NCBI GenBank assembly: GCA_041645495.1
Contig: JBAZPZ010000002.1
Span: forward strand, 5,469 to 69,468
Origin: Fidelibacterota bacterium
GTDB lineage: Bacteria; Fidelibacterota; UBA2242
DNA: 64,000 nucleotides
Reading direction: 5' to 3'
In this document: in pieces, positions 49,559-59,930 of the stretch
How the letters are laid out: the number at the start of each line of letters is the position of its first letter
Numbering within the stretch: position 1 is the stretch's first letter
Translations under genes and position numbers: made by a program
Notes under the pieces: model-generated
Databases searched by the model: none
Seen by the model: the letters and a program-made list of their open reading frames with translations, nothing else
Told to the model about the DNA's origin: nothing

Positions 49559-50623
49559 ATGAAAGCGCTCATTACGGCAGGCGGACACGGCACGCGACTG
49601 CGTCCGATTACACACACGCAAAACAAACACCTGATTCCGATCGCCAATAAACCCATTTTAAACTACGCTCTCGAATATATCCGCGATGCGGGAATTACGG
49701 ACGTCGGCATCATCACGAATAAAGAAGGTTCTGAAGTCAAGGACGTTTATAAAGACGGCAGTCAGATGGGGCTAAACATCACGTACATTCCGCAGGAACG
49801 TCCTTCCGGACTCGCCGATTGCGTCCGCATTGCGCAACCGTTTCTCGGCAATGAGTCTTTCGTCTTTTACCTCGGCGACAATATCATCGTCGGAGGAATC
49901 GCCCGGTTTATCGATGAGTTCCGGAAATCGGGCGCCAATTGCCATTTGGTGCTGGCGCGCGTGAAAGATCCGGAGCGTTTCGGCGTTCCCGAACTGAAGG
50001 ACGGACGGATTCTCAGCATCGAAGAAAAGCCATGTAAACCGAAAAGCGATTTTGCTGTTACCGGAATTTACATTTACGATTCAAATATTTTCGAAGCCGT
50101 CAATGCCATTTCTCCCAGCGCACGCGGCGAGCTGGAAATCTCGGATGCGCATCAGTATTTACTGGAAAAAGGATTTAAAGTGACCTATTCGGAGATCACT
50201 GGCTGGTGGAAAGACACCGGCAAGCCGGCAGATTTGCTGGAAGCGAATCGTCTGGTGCTGGACAGTTTCGAGACGCGCGTCGAAGGAACTGTCGATGCGC
50301 AAAGCAATCTCGCCGGACGTGTCGTGATCGAGCCGGGCGCCGAGATTCGCAACAGTAACGTCCGGGGACCGGCGATCATAGGAGCCGGAACGAAGATCGT
50401 CAACTCGTATGTCGGTCCGTACACTTCTATTGACAAAAACTGCGAGATCGTGAATTCCGAGATCGAATTCAGCATCGTTTCGTGCGGATGTCTGATCCGG
50501 AATCAGAAAATACGGATCGAATCGAGTTTGCTCGGAAAGGATGTTCATATCATTGACGCGGATTCCAAACCGTTCACCAATCGGTTTATCGTCGGCGACC
50601 AGAGCCAGATAGAGATTCGGTGA
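49559..50623 (+). CDS. Glucose-1-phosphate thymidylyltransferase, long form (sugar nucleotidyltransferase + left-handed beta-helix C-domain)
   Basis: N-terminus MKALITAGGHGTRLRPITHTQNKHLIPIANKPIL plus a C-terminal hexapeptide-repeat region. No rmlBCD genes lie nearby. Confidence 0.8.
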   Translation: MKALITAGGHGTRLRPITHTQNKHLIPIANKPILNYALEYIRDAGITDVGIITNKEGSEVKDVYKDGSQMGLNITYIPQERPSGLADCVRIAQPFLGNESFVFYLGDNIIVGGIARFIDEFRKSGANCHLVLARVKDPERFGVPELKDGRILSIEEKPCKPKSDFAVTGIYIYDSNIFEAVNAISPSARGELEISDAHQYLLEKGFKVTYSEITGWWKDTGKPADLLEANRLVLDSFETRVEGTVDAQSNLAGRVVIEPGAEIRNSNVRGPAIIGAGTKIVNSYVGPYTSIDKNCEIVNSEIEFSIVSCGCLIRNQKIRIESSLLGKDVHIIDADSKPFTNRFIVGDQSQIEIR

Positions 50624-50675
50624 TGACGTTCGGAACTTCCGATCGGAAAATATTTTTCTTTTTTTAATTCACGCG

Positions 50676-50703
50676 GCGTCTGCTAAAATACAGACGCTTT
50701 TTT
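50676..50703 (+). terminator. Rho-independent terminator (GCGTCTG-CTAAAATA-CAGACGC-TTTTTT)
   Basis: A perfect 7-bp stem with an 8-nt loop and a T6 tail, 53 nt after the stop of the thymidylyltransferase gene. The region upstream of it is also T-rich. Confidence 0.8.
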
Positions 50704-50714
50704 ACGGAAGTTAC

Positions 50715-51368
50715 TTGGAGAAGCGACCATTGGAAGACAGGAAATATTTCATCGGTATTGCTGGAAATATCGGCGTCGGGAAAACGACGATGACGGACAT
50801 CATCGCCAAGCGATTCGGTTGGCGTGTTTACTATGAATCCGTTATCGACAATCCGTATCTTGAAGATTTTTATGAGAACATGAAGCGCTGGAGTTTCAAT
50901 CTTCAGGTCTATTTCCTTTCGCATCGTTTCCGGACGCATAAAGAGATGACCGATGCGCCGGGTTCAGCCATTCAGGATCGGACGATTTATGAGGACGTTG
51001 AAATTTTCGCCCGGAATCTGTACGATATGGGAAATATGAGTCAGCGCGACTGGGACAATTACCGCTCGCTCTTCGATATCATGACTTCATATCTGAAAAA
51101 ACCCGACCTGATTCTGTATCTTCGCGCGACGGTCGATACACTCATTACCCGTATCAAAAAACGCAGTCGCGATTTTGAACGGGAAATTTCACCGGAATAT
51201 ATTTACATGCTGAATCTCTCTTATGAAAGATGGATTCGTGAAGAATCGAAGCGCAACCGGATTCTGATTGTCGAGACCGACAATTTTAATGTTTTCGAAG
51301 ACGAAGAGAAGCTGGAAGGAATTCTTCAAAAAATCCGTGAATTTTGCCCGCCTGTGCCCAAAAAATAA
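50715..51368 (+). CDS. Deoxynucleoside kinase (dAK/dGK family)
   Basis: P-loop IGIAGNIGVGKTT. ...YYESV..NPYLEDFY and the ERS/DRx motifs of the dNK family. Confidence 0.88.
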   Translation: MEKRPLEDRKYFIGIAGNIGVGKTTMTDIIAKRFGWRVYYESVIDNPYLEDFYENMKRWSFNLQVYFLSHRFRTHKEMTDAPGSAIQDRTIYEDVEIFARNLYDMGNMSQRDWDNYRSLFDIMTSYLKKPDLILYLRATVDTLITRIKKRSRDFEREISPEYIYMLNLSYERWIREESKRNRILIVETDNFNVFEDEEKLEGILQKIREFCPPVPKK

Positions 51369-51459
51369 TTCTTCAATATTTCTTTCCGACTCAATTGCTT
51401 ATCCTTATTTAAATAGATAAATTTGCGTGTTATTTTAACTGAGGAAGAAAACAGTCATT

Positions 51460-52083
51460 TTGAAACGTTTAGCAGTTTTTGCTTCGGGCCGCGGATCGAA
51501 TTTTTCGTCAATCTTGGAACGGATTCAAAGCGGGAACATTCCAGCGAAAGTGGTTTGCGTAATCAGTGACAATCCTCAGCCGCCGGTTTTTTCCATCGCT
51601 TCGTCCGTCGGCATTCCAACGCATTGGATCAACCGAAAACAATTTTCCAACGGAAACGAATATGCCGGTTTTTTACTCTCTTTGTTGGCAAAGTATGAAA
51701 CGGATCTGGTCGTTTTGGCTGGTTTCCTGAAACTCATGCCGGCGCCGGTGGTCAACCGGTATAAAAACGCGATGATCAATATTCATCCGGCATTGTTGCC
51801 GAACTTCGGCGGGCAGGGTTATTTTGGCATGAAAGTTCATGAAGCAGTTCTTGCTTCGGGCGTCAAAACCACAGGCGTTACGGTTCATTTTGTGGACGAA
51901 CGTTATGACACCGGCTCGATCGTTTGGCAGGAAAAAGTTGACGTCCGGGCAGGCGATACGCCGGAATCGCTGGCTCACCGCGTGCTTGCGGTAGAACATC
52001 GGATCTATCCGATGGTGATCAAGGCTTTTTGCGAAGGACGAATCAAACATTTAAACGGAAGGATCGAAATCGAGAATGAATGA
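51460..52083 (+). CDS. purN: Phosphoribosylglycinamide formyltransferase
   Basis: RLAVFASGRGSN start. NIHPALLPNFGG. Confidence 0.93.
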   Translation: MKRLAVFASGRGSNFSSILERIQSGNIPAKVVCVISDNPQPPVFSIASSVGIPTHWINRKQFSNGNEYAGFLLSLLAKYETDLVVLAGFLKLMPAPVVNRYKNAMINIHPALLPNFGGQGYFGMKVHEAVLASGVKTTGVTVHFVDERYDTGSIVWQEKVDVRAGDTPESLAHRVLAVEHRIYPMVIKAFCEGRIKHLNGRIEIENE

Positions 52084-53626
52084 ATTTAACATCCGTCGAG
52101 CGATTATTAGCGTCTGGGACAAGACCGGAATCCTTCCGCTTTCCCGTCTATTGGAATCCCGCGGCGTGGAGATTTTTTCGACCGGCGGCACATTTACCAA
52201 ACTCAAAGAAGCCGGAATTCGCGTTCGGAAAATCGAAGAACTGACGCAGTTTCCGGAAATACTCGGCGGCAGAGTGAAAACACTTCATCCGGCGGTTTTC
52301 GCCGGCATTCTGGCCGATGTCCGCGATCCGTCGCATGTTGCCGATCTTGAATCGACGTCCGTCCAACCGTTTCAGATGGTCGTCGTCAATCTGTACCCCT
52401 TTTCGGAAACATATCATTCCACGGAGAAAAATCCCGATCAGATCGTCGAGATGATCGACGTCGGCGGGCCGAGCATGATCCGCGCCGCTTCCAAGAATTA
52501 TCATAATGTCATCGTCCTTTCCAGCCCGAATCAATATGACGAATTCCGCGAACGGTTGGAGAAGAACGAAATCACCACGGAATATCGCCGGTCGCTTGCC
52601 GCAGAGGTTTTTGCCGGAACCGCACGTTACGATGCAGAAATCGCCGAATTTTTTCAGGGCAAAACTCCACCGTCGGTATCTCCGCGTCTGACGCTGGATT
52701 TTACGCAGTTGCATTCGCTTCGCTACGGCGAGAATCCGGATCAGGCGGCGGCGATTTATGCGCCAACCGGCGACCCCAACTGGGAAGCCTTTCATCAACT
52801 TCAGGGGAAGGAAATTTCGTACAACAATTACATCGACTGCATGGCCGTCTATCGGATCATTTCGGATTTTGAGGCTTCGGCGCCTGCCTGCGTCATCGTC
52901 AAACATACGAATCCATGCGGTTTTGGAACGAGTCACACGCTGATGGACGCTTATAGACGCGCGGTTCAAACCGATCCCGTCAGCTATTTTGGAGGAATTG
53001 TCGGCGTCAACCAACCGGTCGATGAGAATCTCGCCGAAGAGTTAGCAAAGACATTTTTAGAGTGCGTCGTCGCGCCGTCATATTCCGAAAAAGCGCTCGA
53101 AATTTTAAGTAAAAAGAAAAATTTACGACTGTTGATTCCTGTTCAGGCCGATTTGAAATGCGATTGGGAATTTCGGAATTTCGGCCGCGGACTCATCACG
53201 CAGGCGGCTCAGGTCGCCGATGAAAATGAAGCCGCATGGCGCGTCGTCACCGATACCAAACCGCCGTCGCAACTCATGACATCGATCCGCATCGGCTGGA
53301 AACTCGTTCGGCATGTCAAATCGAATGCGATCGTTCTTTGCAACGAATCGGGAACGATCGGCATCGGCGCCGGACAAATGTCGCGGGTCGAATCGTTGAA
53401 AATTTCAATCAGCAAAGCCGAAGAAGCGGGACTTTCCGTCAGCGGTTCGACGCTGGCTTCGGACGCCTTTTTTCCGTTTCGGGATTCGGCCGATCTGGCG
53501 TCACGATATGGAATTGCAGGAATCGTTCAGCCCGGAGGAAGCATCCACGATCAGGAAGTCATCGACGCCTGCAACGAGCACGGGATGTTCATGATCTTTA
53601 CGGGAAAACGGGTTTTTAAACATTAA
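52076..53626 (+). CDS. purH: Bifunctional AICAR transformylase / IMP cyclohydrolase
   Basis: MGS-like N-domain (RAIISVWDKTG), the AICARFT domain and PurH collinearity. Confidence 0.95.
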   Translation: MNEFNIRRAIISVWDKTGILPLSRLLESRGVEIFSTGGTFTKLKEAGIRVRKIEELTQFPEILGGRVKTLHPAVFAGILADVRDPSHVADLESTSVQPFQMVVVNLYPFSETYHSTEKNPDQIVEMIDVGGPSMIRAASKNYHNVIVLSSPNQYDEFRERLEKNEITTEYRRSLAAEVFAGTARYDAEIAEFFQGKTPPSVSPRLTLDFTQLHSLRYGENPDQAAAIYAPTGDPNWEAFHQLQGKEISYNNYIDCMAVYRIISDFEASAPACVIVKHTNPCGFGTSHTLMDAYRRAVQTDPVSYFGGIVGVNQPVDENLAEELAKTFLECVVAPSYSEKALEILSKKKNLRLLIPVQADLKCDWEFRNFGRGLITQAAQVADENEAAWRVVTDTKPPSQLMTSIRIGWKLVRHVKSNAIVLCNESGTIGIGAGQMSRVESLKISISKAEEAGLSVSGSTLASDAFFPFRDSADLASRYGIAGIVQPGGSIHDQEVIDACNEHGMFMIFTGKRVFKH

Positions 53627-53640
53627 CGTTTGGAGATATC

Positions 53641-54654
53641 ATGCCATTTAAATTTTTCAATTTTTTTACCGGCGACATTGCGATCGATCTCGGAACCTCC
53701 AATACACTGATCTACATGAGGGGGCGAGGCGTCATCCTCAACGAGCCGTCTATCGTCGCACGATCGTCGCATAACGGCGAAGTCGTTGCCGTCGGAAACG
53801 ATGCCAAGGACATGCTCGGCAAAACTCATCGCGACATCGTCACGGTTCGTCCTCTTCGGGATGGCGTCATTGCGGACTTCGAAATGACCGACAGCATGAT
53901 TCGCAGTTTTATCCGGAAAATCAATCTGAGCCGCATCGCCCGCCCGCGCATGATCATCGCCATTCCTTCCGGGATCACCGAAGTCGAGAAGCGCGCCGTT
54001 CGCGATTCCGCCGACCGCGCCAACGCCCGGGAAATCTATTTGATCGAAGAACCCGTCGCCGCCGCCATCGGAATCGGAATCGACATTTCCAAGCCGGTCG
54101 GCAATATCATCGTAGATATCGGCGGAGGAACGACGGAAATCGCGGTGATCGCACTGAATGGTATCGTCACCAAACAGGCGATTCGCGTCGCAGGTGATGA
54201 GATGGACGAGGCGATCATTCAGTATTTCAAGAACGAGCACAATCTACTCATCGGCGAACGCACCGCAGAAACGATCAAATGTACGATCGGCTCGGCTATG
54301 CCGATGAACGACACGACGATATCAGTCAAAGGACGCAGTCTTGTCGCTGGGATTCCCAAGACGATCGAAGTCTCGTCGGTCGAAATCCGCGAATGTCTGA
54401 AAGACACGATCGATCTGATCATTCAGGCGATCAAACAGGCGTTGGAACAGACGCCACCGGAACTGTCTTCGGATATTTTAGACCGAGGAATCATTTTGAC
54501 AGGCGGCGGAGCGTTGCTCAAGGGGTTGGACCAGCGAATCCGCGTGGAAACCGATCTGCCTGTGAATGTCGCCGAAGATCCGCTGTTATCCGTAGTCAAA
54601 GGAGCCGGAATCGTCATTGAAGACATCGAGAAGTTCAGAGAGGTTCTTTTTTAA
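53641..54654 (+). CDS. mreB: Rod shape-determining protein MreB
   Basis: IAIDLGTSNTLIYM phosphate-1 motif. Actin-fold collinearity. Confidence 0.95.
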   Translation: MPFKFFNFFTGDIAIDLGTSNTLIYMRGRGVILNEPSIVARSSHNGEVVAVGNDAKDMLGKTHRDIVTVRPLRDGVIADFEMTDSMIRSFIRKINLSRIARPRMIIAIPSGITEVEKRAVRDSADRANAREIYLIEEPVAAAIGIGIDISKPVGNIIVDIGGGTTEIAVIALNGIVTKQAIRVAGDEMDEAIIQYFKNEHNLLIGERTAETIKCTIGSAMPMNDTTISVKGRSLVAGIPKTIEVSSVEIRECLKDTIDLIIQAIKQALEQTPPELSSDILDRGIILTGGGALLKGLDQRIRVETDLPVNVAEDPLLSVVKGAGIVIEDIEKFREVLF

Positions 54655-54659
54655 TCTGA

Positions 54660-55463
54660 ATGTGGGAAAAATTTCTCAGCCTCATCGTTTCCTTTTATGA
54701 ATATATCCTGTTTCTCTTCTTGATCGGGATTTCATTTGTCGTCCTGCTGTTAAATGAAAATCCGCAAGTCCGATCGCTTCAGGGCGATGTTTCGGATGTT
54801 CTCTCGTTCGTCAATCTTCCCAAAATTTGGATCGACGACCTGTCGAACGTCGTCGAAGAAAATGCGAAACTGAAAGAGGACAATCTCCAACTGACGCTTT
54901 TGAATATTCAGATGAAAGAGGCGTGGCTGGAAAATCAGCGTCTGCGCAACGATCTTGGATTTATGGACACGACACGGTTGGTCGTTGTTCCGGCAAAAGT
55001 GCTGAATCTCGGCATTTCGCCGATCTGCAATTCTATCCTGATCAATATCGGAAAATCGCAGGGCGTTCGCCCCAACATGGCTGTGATTTCTACGAAAGGG
55101 ATCGTCGGTAAAACGGTTTCGGTCGGAAAAGAGACGACGCTCGCGCAGATTTTTATGGACGTCAATTTCCGGATCAGCGTCAGGTTTCAGGATTCGCGCG
55201 TCTTCGGAATCATGCAATGGAACCCGAACGGTTACGCCGAAGTGCGAGAAGTTCCGAAGACCGTAAACATCATACCGGGAGAAAAGGTCGTCACGTCCGG
55301 TTACAGCCAGATTTACCCACCGAATATTTGCCTTGGCGAAGTACTTAAGACGAAATCGTCGGACAATGTGCTGTTTCAGACGGTGACCATCAAGCCAAGC
55401 GTCAACATCAATGAGATCGAGGAAGTCTTCGTCATCTTATCCAATTCATGCTACGAAAACTAA
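54660..55463 (+). CDS. mreC: Rod shape-determining protein MreC
   Basis: N-terminal TM, a coiled-coil stretch, then the MreC beta-domain (VVTSGYSQIYPPNICLGEV). Confidence 0.85.
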   Translation: MWEKFLSLIVSFYEYILFLFLIGISFVVLLLNENPQVRSLQGDVSDVLSFVNLPKIWIDDLSNVVEENAKLKEDNLQLTLLNIQMKEAWLENQRLRNDLGFMDTTRLVVVPAKVLNLGISPICNSILINIGKSQGVRPNMAVISTKGIVGKTVSVGKETTLAQIFMDVNFRISVRFQDSRVFGIMQWNPNGYAEVREVPKTVNIIPGEKVVTSGYSQIYPPNICLGEVLKTKSSDNVLFQTVTIKPSVNINEIEEVFVILSNSCYEN

Positions 55464-55927
55464 CGAATATTACCTTATTTAGCCTGACTGCCATTCTCAT
55501 TCAGGTTCTGTTTGTCCCATGGATGACGATCCGAGAGATACGCCCGGATTTTATCCTGCTCGTCGTGATGTTTATCGGCAGAACCGAGGGGCGGATGGTC
55601 GGTCAGACATACGGTTTTATCATCGGCTTGCTCGTCGATGCGCTGGGGATGGGCTCGTTCATGGGGCTTTCGGCGTTGATCAAGACATGTGTCGGATTTT
55701 TCTCCGGCTGTATGAAAAACCAGCGAAACAAACTGTATCCCTTTTATTACCATGCCGTTCACGTGGCGATCATCCTTTTTTCCTTTGTCATTTTCTATCT
55801 TGTCCACTATAAGGGAACGGAATTCTCGTTTCAATTTATCATGCTTCGATTCGTCCTGCCTTCGACGCTTTACACACTCGTTTTTTACATTTTGCTCGAT
55901 TATTTCATGTCTTCCGGAAACGACTGA
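55448..55927 (+). CDS. mreD: Rod shape-determining protein MreD
   Basis: Polytopic, ~160 aa, directly after mreC and before PBP2. Confidence 0.75.
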   Translation: MLRKLTNITLFSLTAILIQVLFVPWMTIREIRPDFILLVVMFIGRTEGRMVGQTYGFIIGLLVDALGMGSFMGLSALIKTCVGFFSGCMKNQRNKLYPFYYHAVHVAIILFSFVIFYLVHYKGTEFSFQFIMLRFVLPSTLYTLVFYILLDYFMSSGND

Positions 55928-55929
55928 GG

Positions 55930-57735
55930 ATGTATTATTCTCAGAATAACATTTCTGTTGCCCGGAAGAATTTTCTTCTGACTGTAGTGGTCAGTGTTTT
56001 TTTTATTATCTTGTGCAGGCTCTATTATATTCAGATCGTCGAATATAGTCGGTTCAAGGGAATCGCCGAGTCCAACCGAATCCGAATTATTCCGCTCGAA
56101 GCGCCTCGTGGTGCGATTTTAGACCGGAGAGGACAGATCATCGTCGATAACAAATCCCAGTACAATATCAATGTGATCCCTTACGAAGCTAGTCAATCGA
56201 AAGAGACCTATGAGACGCTGACGTCCCTTCTGAATATTTCTTCGGATGAACTAAATAGACGGATCAAGCGACACTCGCGCGGTCTCTTCGTTCCGGCCAA
56301 GATCGCGGACGATATCGATTTTAAAACTTTATCCTATCTGGAAGAACACCGCGTCGATCTTCCGGGCGTGTTGTATTCTTTTGAACCGGTGCGATCCTTT
56401 CCATCAAAGGCAAATCTGTCTCAGGTCATCGGATATTTGCGGGAGATCAACAAACAAGACCTGAAAAACATCAAACAGTTCGGATATAAGCAGGGCGATT
56501 TGATCGGATGGAAAGGCATCGAGCGGGAATATGAACCAATCCTGCGGGGCGCCCGCGGTTATAACTATATTCAAGTCGATGTTCTGGGCAGAGAGGTGGG
56601 AACGCTGAGGAATAAGGATAAAGTCCTGCCGGTTCCCGGTAACGATCTGTATCTGGCGATCGATCTGGATATGCAGATTTATGCCGAATCGTTGATCGGA
56701 GAAAAACGCGGCGCCGTCGTCGTGATGAATGCGCTGACGGGCGAAATCCTCACATATGTCAGCAAGCCGGATTATGCGCCGGGACTCTTTTCCGGAACGG
56801 TAAAGGCGGAAGTATGGCGGGATTTGATCACGAATCCAAGTCGCCCACTGTACGACCGCGTCACACAAGGAACTTACCCGCCCGGCTCGACCTTCAAAAT
56901 TGTCGCGATTCTCTCGGCATTGGAGAATAAAGCGGTCGATCCGGAATGGTCGATCTATTGCAACGGCAAATATCGGATGGGGCGTCGCGTCTATAAGTGC
57001 TGGAAAAAGGAAGGACACGGCCGGATGAACATGCACGATGCCATCGTGCATTCCTGCAACGTCTATTTCTATAACCTGATCCGGAAAATCAACATCGACG
57101 TTTGGTCTAGAAACGCCTCCAATTTTAAGTTCGGTCGCAAGACAGACATCGATCTGTACGGCGAATCCGCCGGCACACTCCCGGACGCGAAGTTTCTCGA
57201 TAAGAAATATTACGGAATCGGCTGGACGGAAGGCACGAAACTGAATCTCGTCATCGGTCAGGGAGATTTGCTGGTGACGCCTATCCAGATGGTCCGTTTT
57301 GCCGGCGCGCTCGCAACACGCGGGAAAATCGTACAACCGCATCTCGGATTGAAATTCCTCCGTCGAAACGATTCTCAATTCTCCATTTTTGCCGTTCCGA
57401 GCGATACGATAACGAGTTATTCGCCCGAAGCCTGGGAATTTATCGAAAATGCCATGTTCGATGTCGTTGAATCCGGCACTGGCCGTGCAGCCAAGGTGAA
57501 GAATGTGAAAATTTTCGGGAAAACCGGAACGGCGCAAAATCCGCATGGAGATGACCACGCATGGTTTATCGGTTGGAGCAAACCGGAACAGGGTGCGCCG
57601 CTCGCCATCGTCGTGATGATCGAGAACGGCGGATCGGGCAGTGGAATAGCTGCTCAGATGGCCGGTAAGATTTACAACTTTTACTATAACCCTTCAATGC
57701 AACAGATGCTGGCGGATCGTCATGGAAACCCGTAA
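55930..57735 (+). CDS. mrdA: Penicillin-binding protein 2 (elongasome transpeptidase)
   Basis: N-terminal TM. The transpeptidase motifs STFK (GSTFKI), SCN and KTGTA. Confidence 0.93.
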   Translation: MYYSQNNISVARKNFLLTVVVSVFFIILCRLYYIQIVEYSRFKGIAESNRIRIIPLEAPRGAILDRRGQIIVDNKSQYNINVIPYEASQSKETYETLTSLLNISSDELNRRIKRHSRGLFVPAKIADDIDFKTLSYLEEHRVDLPGVLYSFEPVRSFPSKANLSQVIGYLREINKQDLKNIKQFGYKQGDLIGWKGIEREYEPILRGARGYNYIQVDVLGREVGTLRNKDKVLPVPGNDLYLAIDLDMQIYAESLIGEKRGAVVVMNALTGEILTYVSKPDYAPGLFSGTVKAEVWRDLITNPSRPLYDRVTQGTYPPGSTFKIVAILSALENKAVDPEWSIYCNGKYRMGRRVYKCWKKEGHGRMNMHDAIVHSCNVYFYNLIRKINIDVWSRNASNFKFGRKTDIDLYGESAGTLPDAKFLDKKYYGIGWTEGTKLNLVIGQGDLLVTPIQMVRFAGALATRGKIVQPHLGLKFLRRNDSQFSIFAVPSDTITSYSPEAWEFIENAMFDVVESGTGRAAKVKNVKIFGKTGTAQNPHGDDHAWFIGWSKPEQGAPLAIVVMIENGGSGSGIAAQMAGKIYNFYYNPSMQQMLADRHGNP

Positions 57736-58987
57736 GTTCAGTCTCGCAAACGATTTTACAAAAACGCTTTCGGATAATAACCGGATATTGATCATCGTCG
57801 TCGGTTTGTTGAGTTTGATAGGCTTAAGCGCTCTTTTCAGCGCTTCCATGCACATCGATCTGCCTTTTTTACAAAAAGTGATCGGCCGACAGTTGATCTG
57901 GATGCTGTTCGGCGTCTTGTTGATGACGTTGATTTTCTTTCTGCAGGGCAAAATGTTCTTCGACTCCGCCTACATCATATATTGTGTCGGCATCGTCTTT
58001 GTGATCCTGCCATTTTTTCTGGGAAGAGCGACCTCCGGAGCCTATCGCTGGATCGGATTTGGCGCGTTGCGTTTTCAGCCGTCGGAATTTATGAAACTTC
58101 TCGTCATTCTATCGATCGCTAAATATTTATGCCGCACCGATCTGCCGATCACCCAATTCAAATCGCTGGTACCGCCGCTGGTGTTCGGATTGTTGCCGAT
58201 GGTGATCGTTCTGTCGCAACCGGATCTCGGAACGTCGTTGGTGTATTTTGCGGTCATTTTTCCCATGTTGATATGGGCGGGCGCACGGACATTTCATATT
58301 TTCATTCTGCTCGCGCCGATCCTGAGCGTCGTCACCGCCTTCAATTTTTATACGTTTTTTGTTTGGGTCATTCTGCTGATCGTCGTGTTTTACATTACCC
58401 GCGAAAAACTCTGGCTCTCCATCGTTCTTTTTATATTTAATCTGTCATTGGGCTATTTGACGCCGATACTCTGGAATCATCTGAAACCTTATCAGCAAAA
58501 TCGGATTTTTACGTTGTTTAATATCGAGGCAGATCCACAGGGCGCGGGATATCAGGTTCTGCAGTCGCAAATTGCCATTGGAAGTGGCGGACTCATCGGC
58601 AAAGGTCCTGGCAGAGGAACGCAGACGCATTTGAAATTTCTCCCGGAACAGCACAACGATTTTATCTTTTCCGTCGTTGGAGAAGAATACGGTTTTATCG
58701 GAACGGTTGTTGTGTTGATCTTGTTTTTCTTTCTAATTATCGTTTTCATCAATTCCGCCTTCCGGCTGAAAGACCGATTCGGATCGCTTATCATTATTGG
58801 CGTAGCCAGTGCACTTTTTTTTCATGTTGCCGTTAATATTGCGATGACGGTCGGTTTTATGCCGGTGACCGGTATTCCTCTGCCGTTTTTGAGTTACGGA
58901 GGTTCTTTCATCTTCACCTGTTATGCGGCGATTGGAATGGTCATGAACGTCAGTACGGAAAAACCAACCGACCGATCCCGACTTTAG
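57722..58987 (+). CDS. rodA: Peptidoglycan glycosyltransferase RodA (SEDS family)
   Basis: SEDS polytopic fold. It follows mrdA with overlap. Confidence 0.9.
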   Translation: METRKFSLANDFTKTLSDNNRILIIVVGLLSLIGLSALFSASMHIDLPFLQKVIGRQLIWMLFGVLLMTLIFFLQGKMFFDSAYIIYCVGIVFVILPFFLGRATSGAYRWIGFGALRFQPSEFMKLLVILSIAKYLCRTDLPITQFKSLVPPLVFGLLPMVIVLSQPDLGTSLVYFAVIFPMLIWAGARTFHIFILLAPILSVVTAFNFYTFFVWVILLIVVFYITREKLWLSIVLFIFNLSLGYLTPILWNHLKPYQQNRIFTLFNIEADPQGAGYQVLQSQIAIGSGGLIGKGPGRGTQTHLKFLPEQHNDFIFSVVGEEYGFIGTVVVLILFFFLIIVFINSAFRLKDRFGSLIIIGVASALFFHVAVNIAMTVGFMPVTGIPLPFLSYGGSFIFTCYAAIGMVMNVSTEKPTDRSRL

Positions 58988-59044
58988 ATTTTGGTTTGAT
59001 TTTCCTTTGGAAAATCTTAGCTTACGGCACCTTATGCTGTATGT

Positions 59045-59926
59045 TTGGATGAGATTATGAAAAAGATGATTCGCACTATTCGGATCATTATCTGCTTTTC
59101 CACTGCAGCCGGTTGCTTTGTTCCAAACCACAATCTGAACGCCTTTCCGCAATCGAAAAAATCCTCTCAATCCGCGGCTGAAAAATTGCAGACGGTTGAA
59201 CAGGAAATCGCTAAACTCAAGGAACGGATGAATTCAACCGCAAGGGTTGTGAACAAACTGTCGAAGAATATAACGAGAATAGACAGTGTTCAAACCGCAT
59301 CGCGCGAAGATATTCAAATGCTTAAAAATTCCGTCGCCCAATTGCAGGAAGTCGTGAAATCGTTTAATACGAGTTTGGAGAATATCCGCCGGATCAACGG
59401 TATTTTGGAAGAACGCGTGGTTTACGCCGATAGCGTGAATGCACAACTCCTGGCGCAATTAGTTTCTCTCGAGAATCGGATCGTCAGCCTGAGCGCGAGC
59501 GTCGGAGAATTCCGGACGGTCAGTGATTTCGGGGCAGACGAAGTCGCAAATCTGGCGGCGGGCGATTCTTACAGAGAACGCTATCTGAAAGCGCTGACAC
59601 TGCACCAAAAAAACCAGCATCTCGAAGCGATCGACATTTTCCGTCGGCTCGTGAACGAAGATAGAACCAACGAACTCGCCGACAATGCACAGTACTGGAT
59701 CGGAGAATGCTATTATTCTCTGAAACAATCTCAGAGGGCTGTCGTTGAATTTGAGAAAGTTCTTTCTTTTCCGAACAGCAATAAGGATGATGACGCGCAA
59801 TTTAAAATCGGACTATGCTACATGGCGCTTGGAAATAAGACGAAAGCAAACGAACAGTTTCAACTGCTAATCGAGCGCTTTCCACAGAGTGAATTCGTAC
59901 CCAGCGCCAAACAATACATGAAATGA
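59045..59926 (+). CDS. Periplasmic coiled-coil + TPR protein (YbgF/CpoB-like architecture)
   Basis: Signal or lipoprotein-like N-terminus (IIICFSTAAGCFVP), a long coiled coil and C-terminal TPRs (YWIGECYYSLKQ...KIGLCYMALGNK). Confidence 0.65.
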   Translation: MDEIMKKMIRTIRIIICFSTAAGCFVPNHNLNAFPQSKKSSQSAAEKLQTVEQEIAKLKERMNSTARVVNKLSKNITRIDSVQTASREDIQMLKNSVAQLQEVVKSFNTSLENIRRINGILEERVVYADSVNAQLLAQLVSLENRIVSLSASVGEFRTVSDFGADEVANLAAGDSYRERYLKALTLHQKNQHLEAIDIFRRLVNEDRTNELADNAQYWIGECYYSLKQSQRAVVEFEKVLSFPNSNKDDDAQFKIGLCYMALGNKTKANEQFQLLIERFPQSEFVPSAKQYMK

Positions 59927-59930
59927 GACT

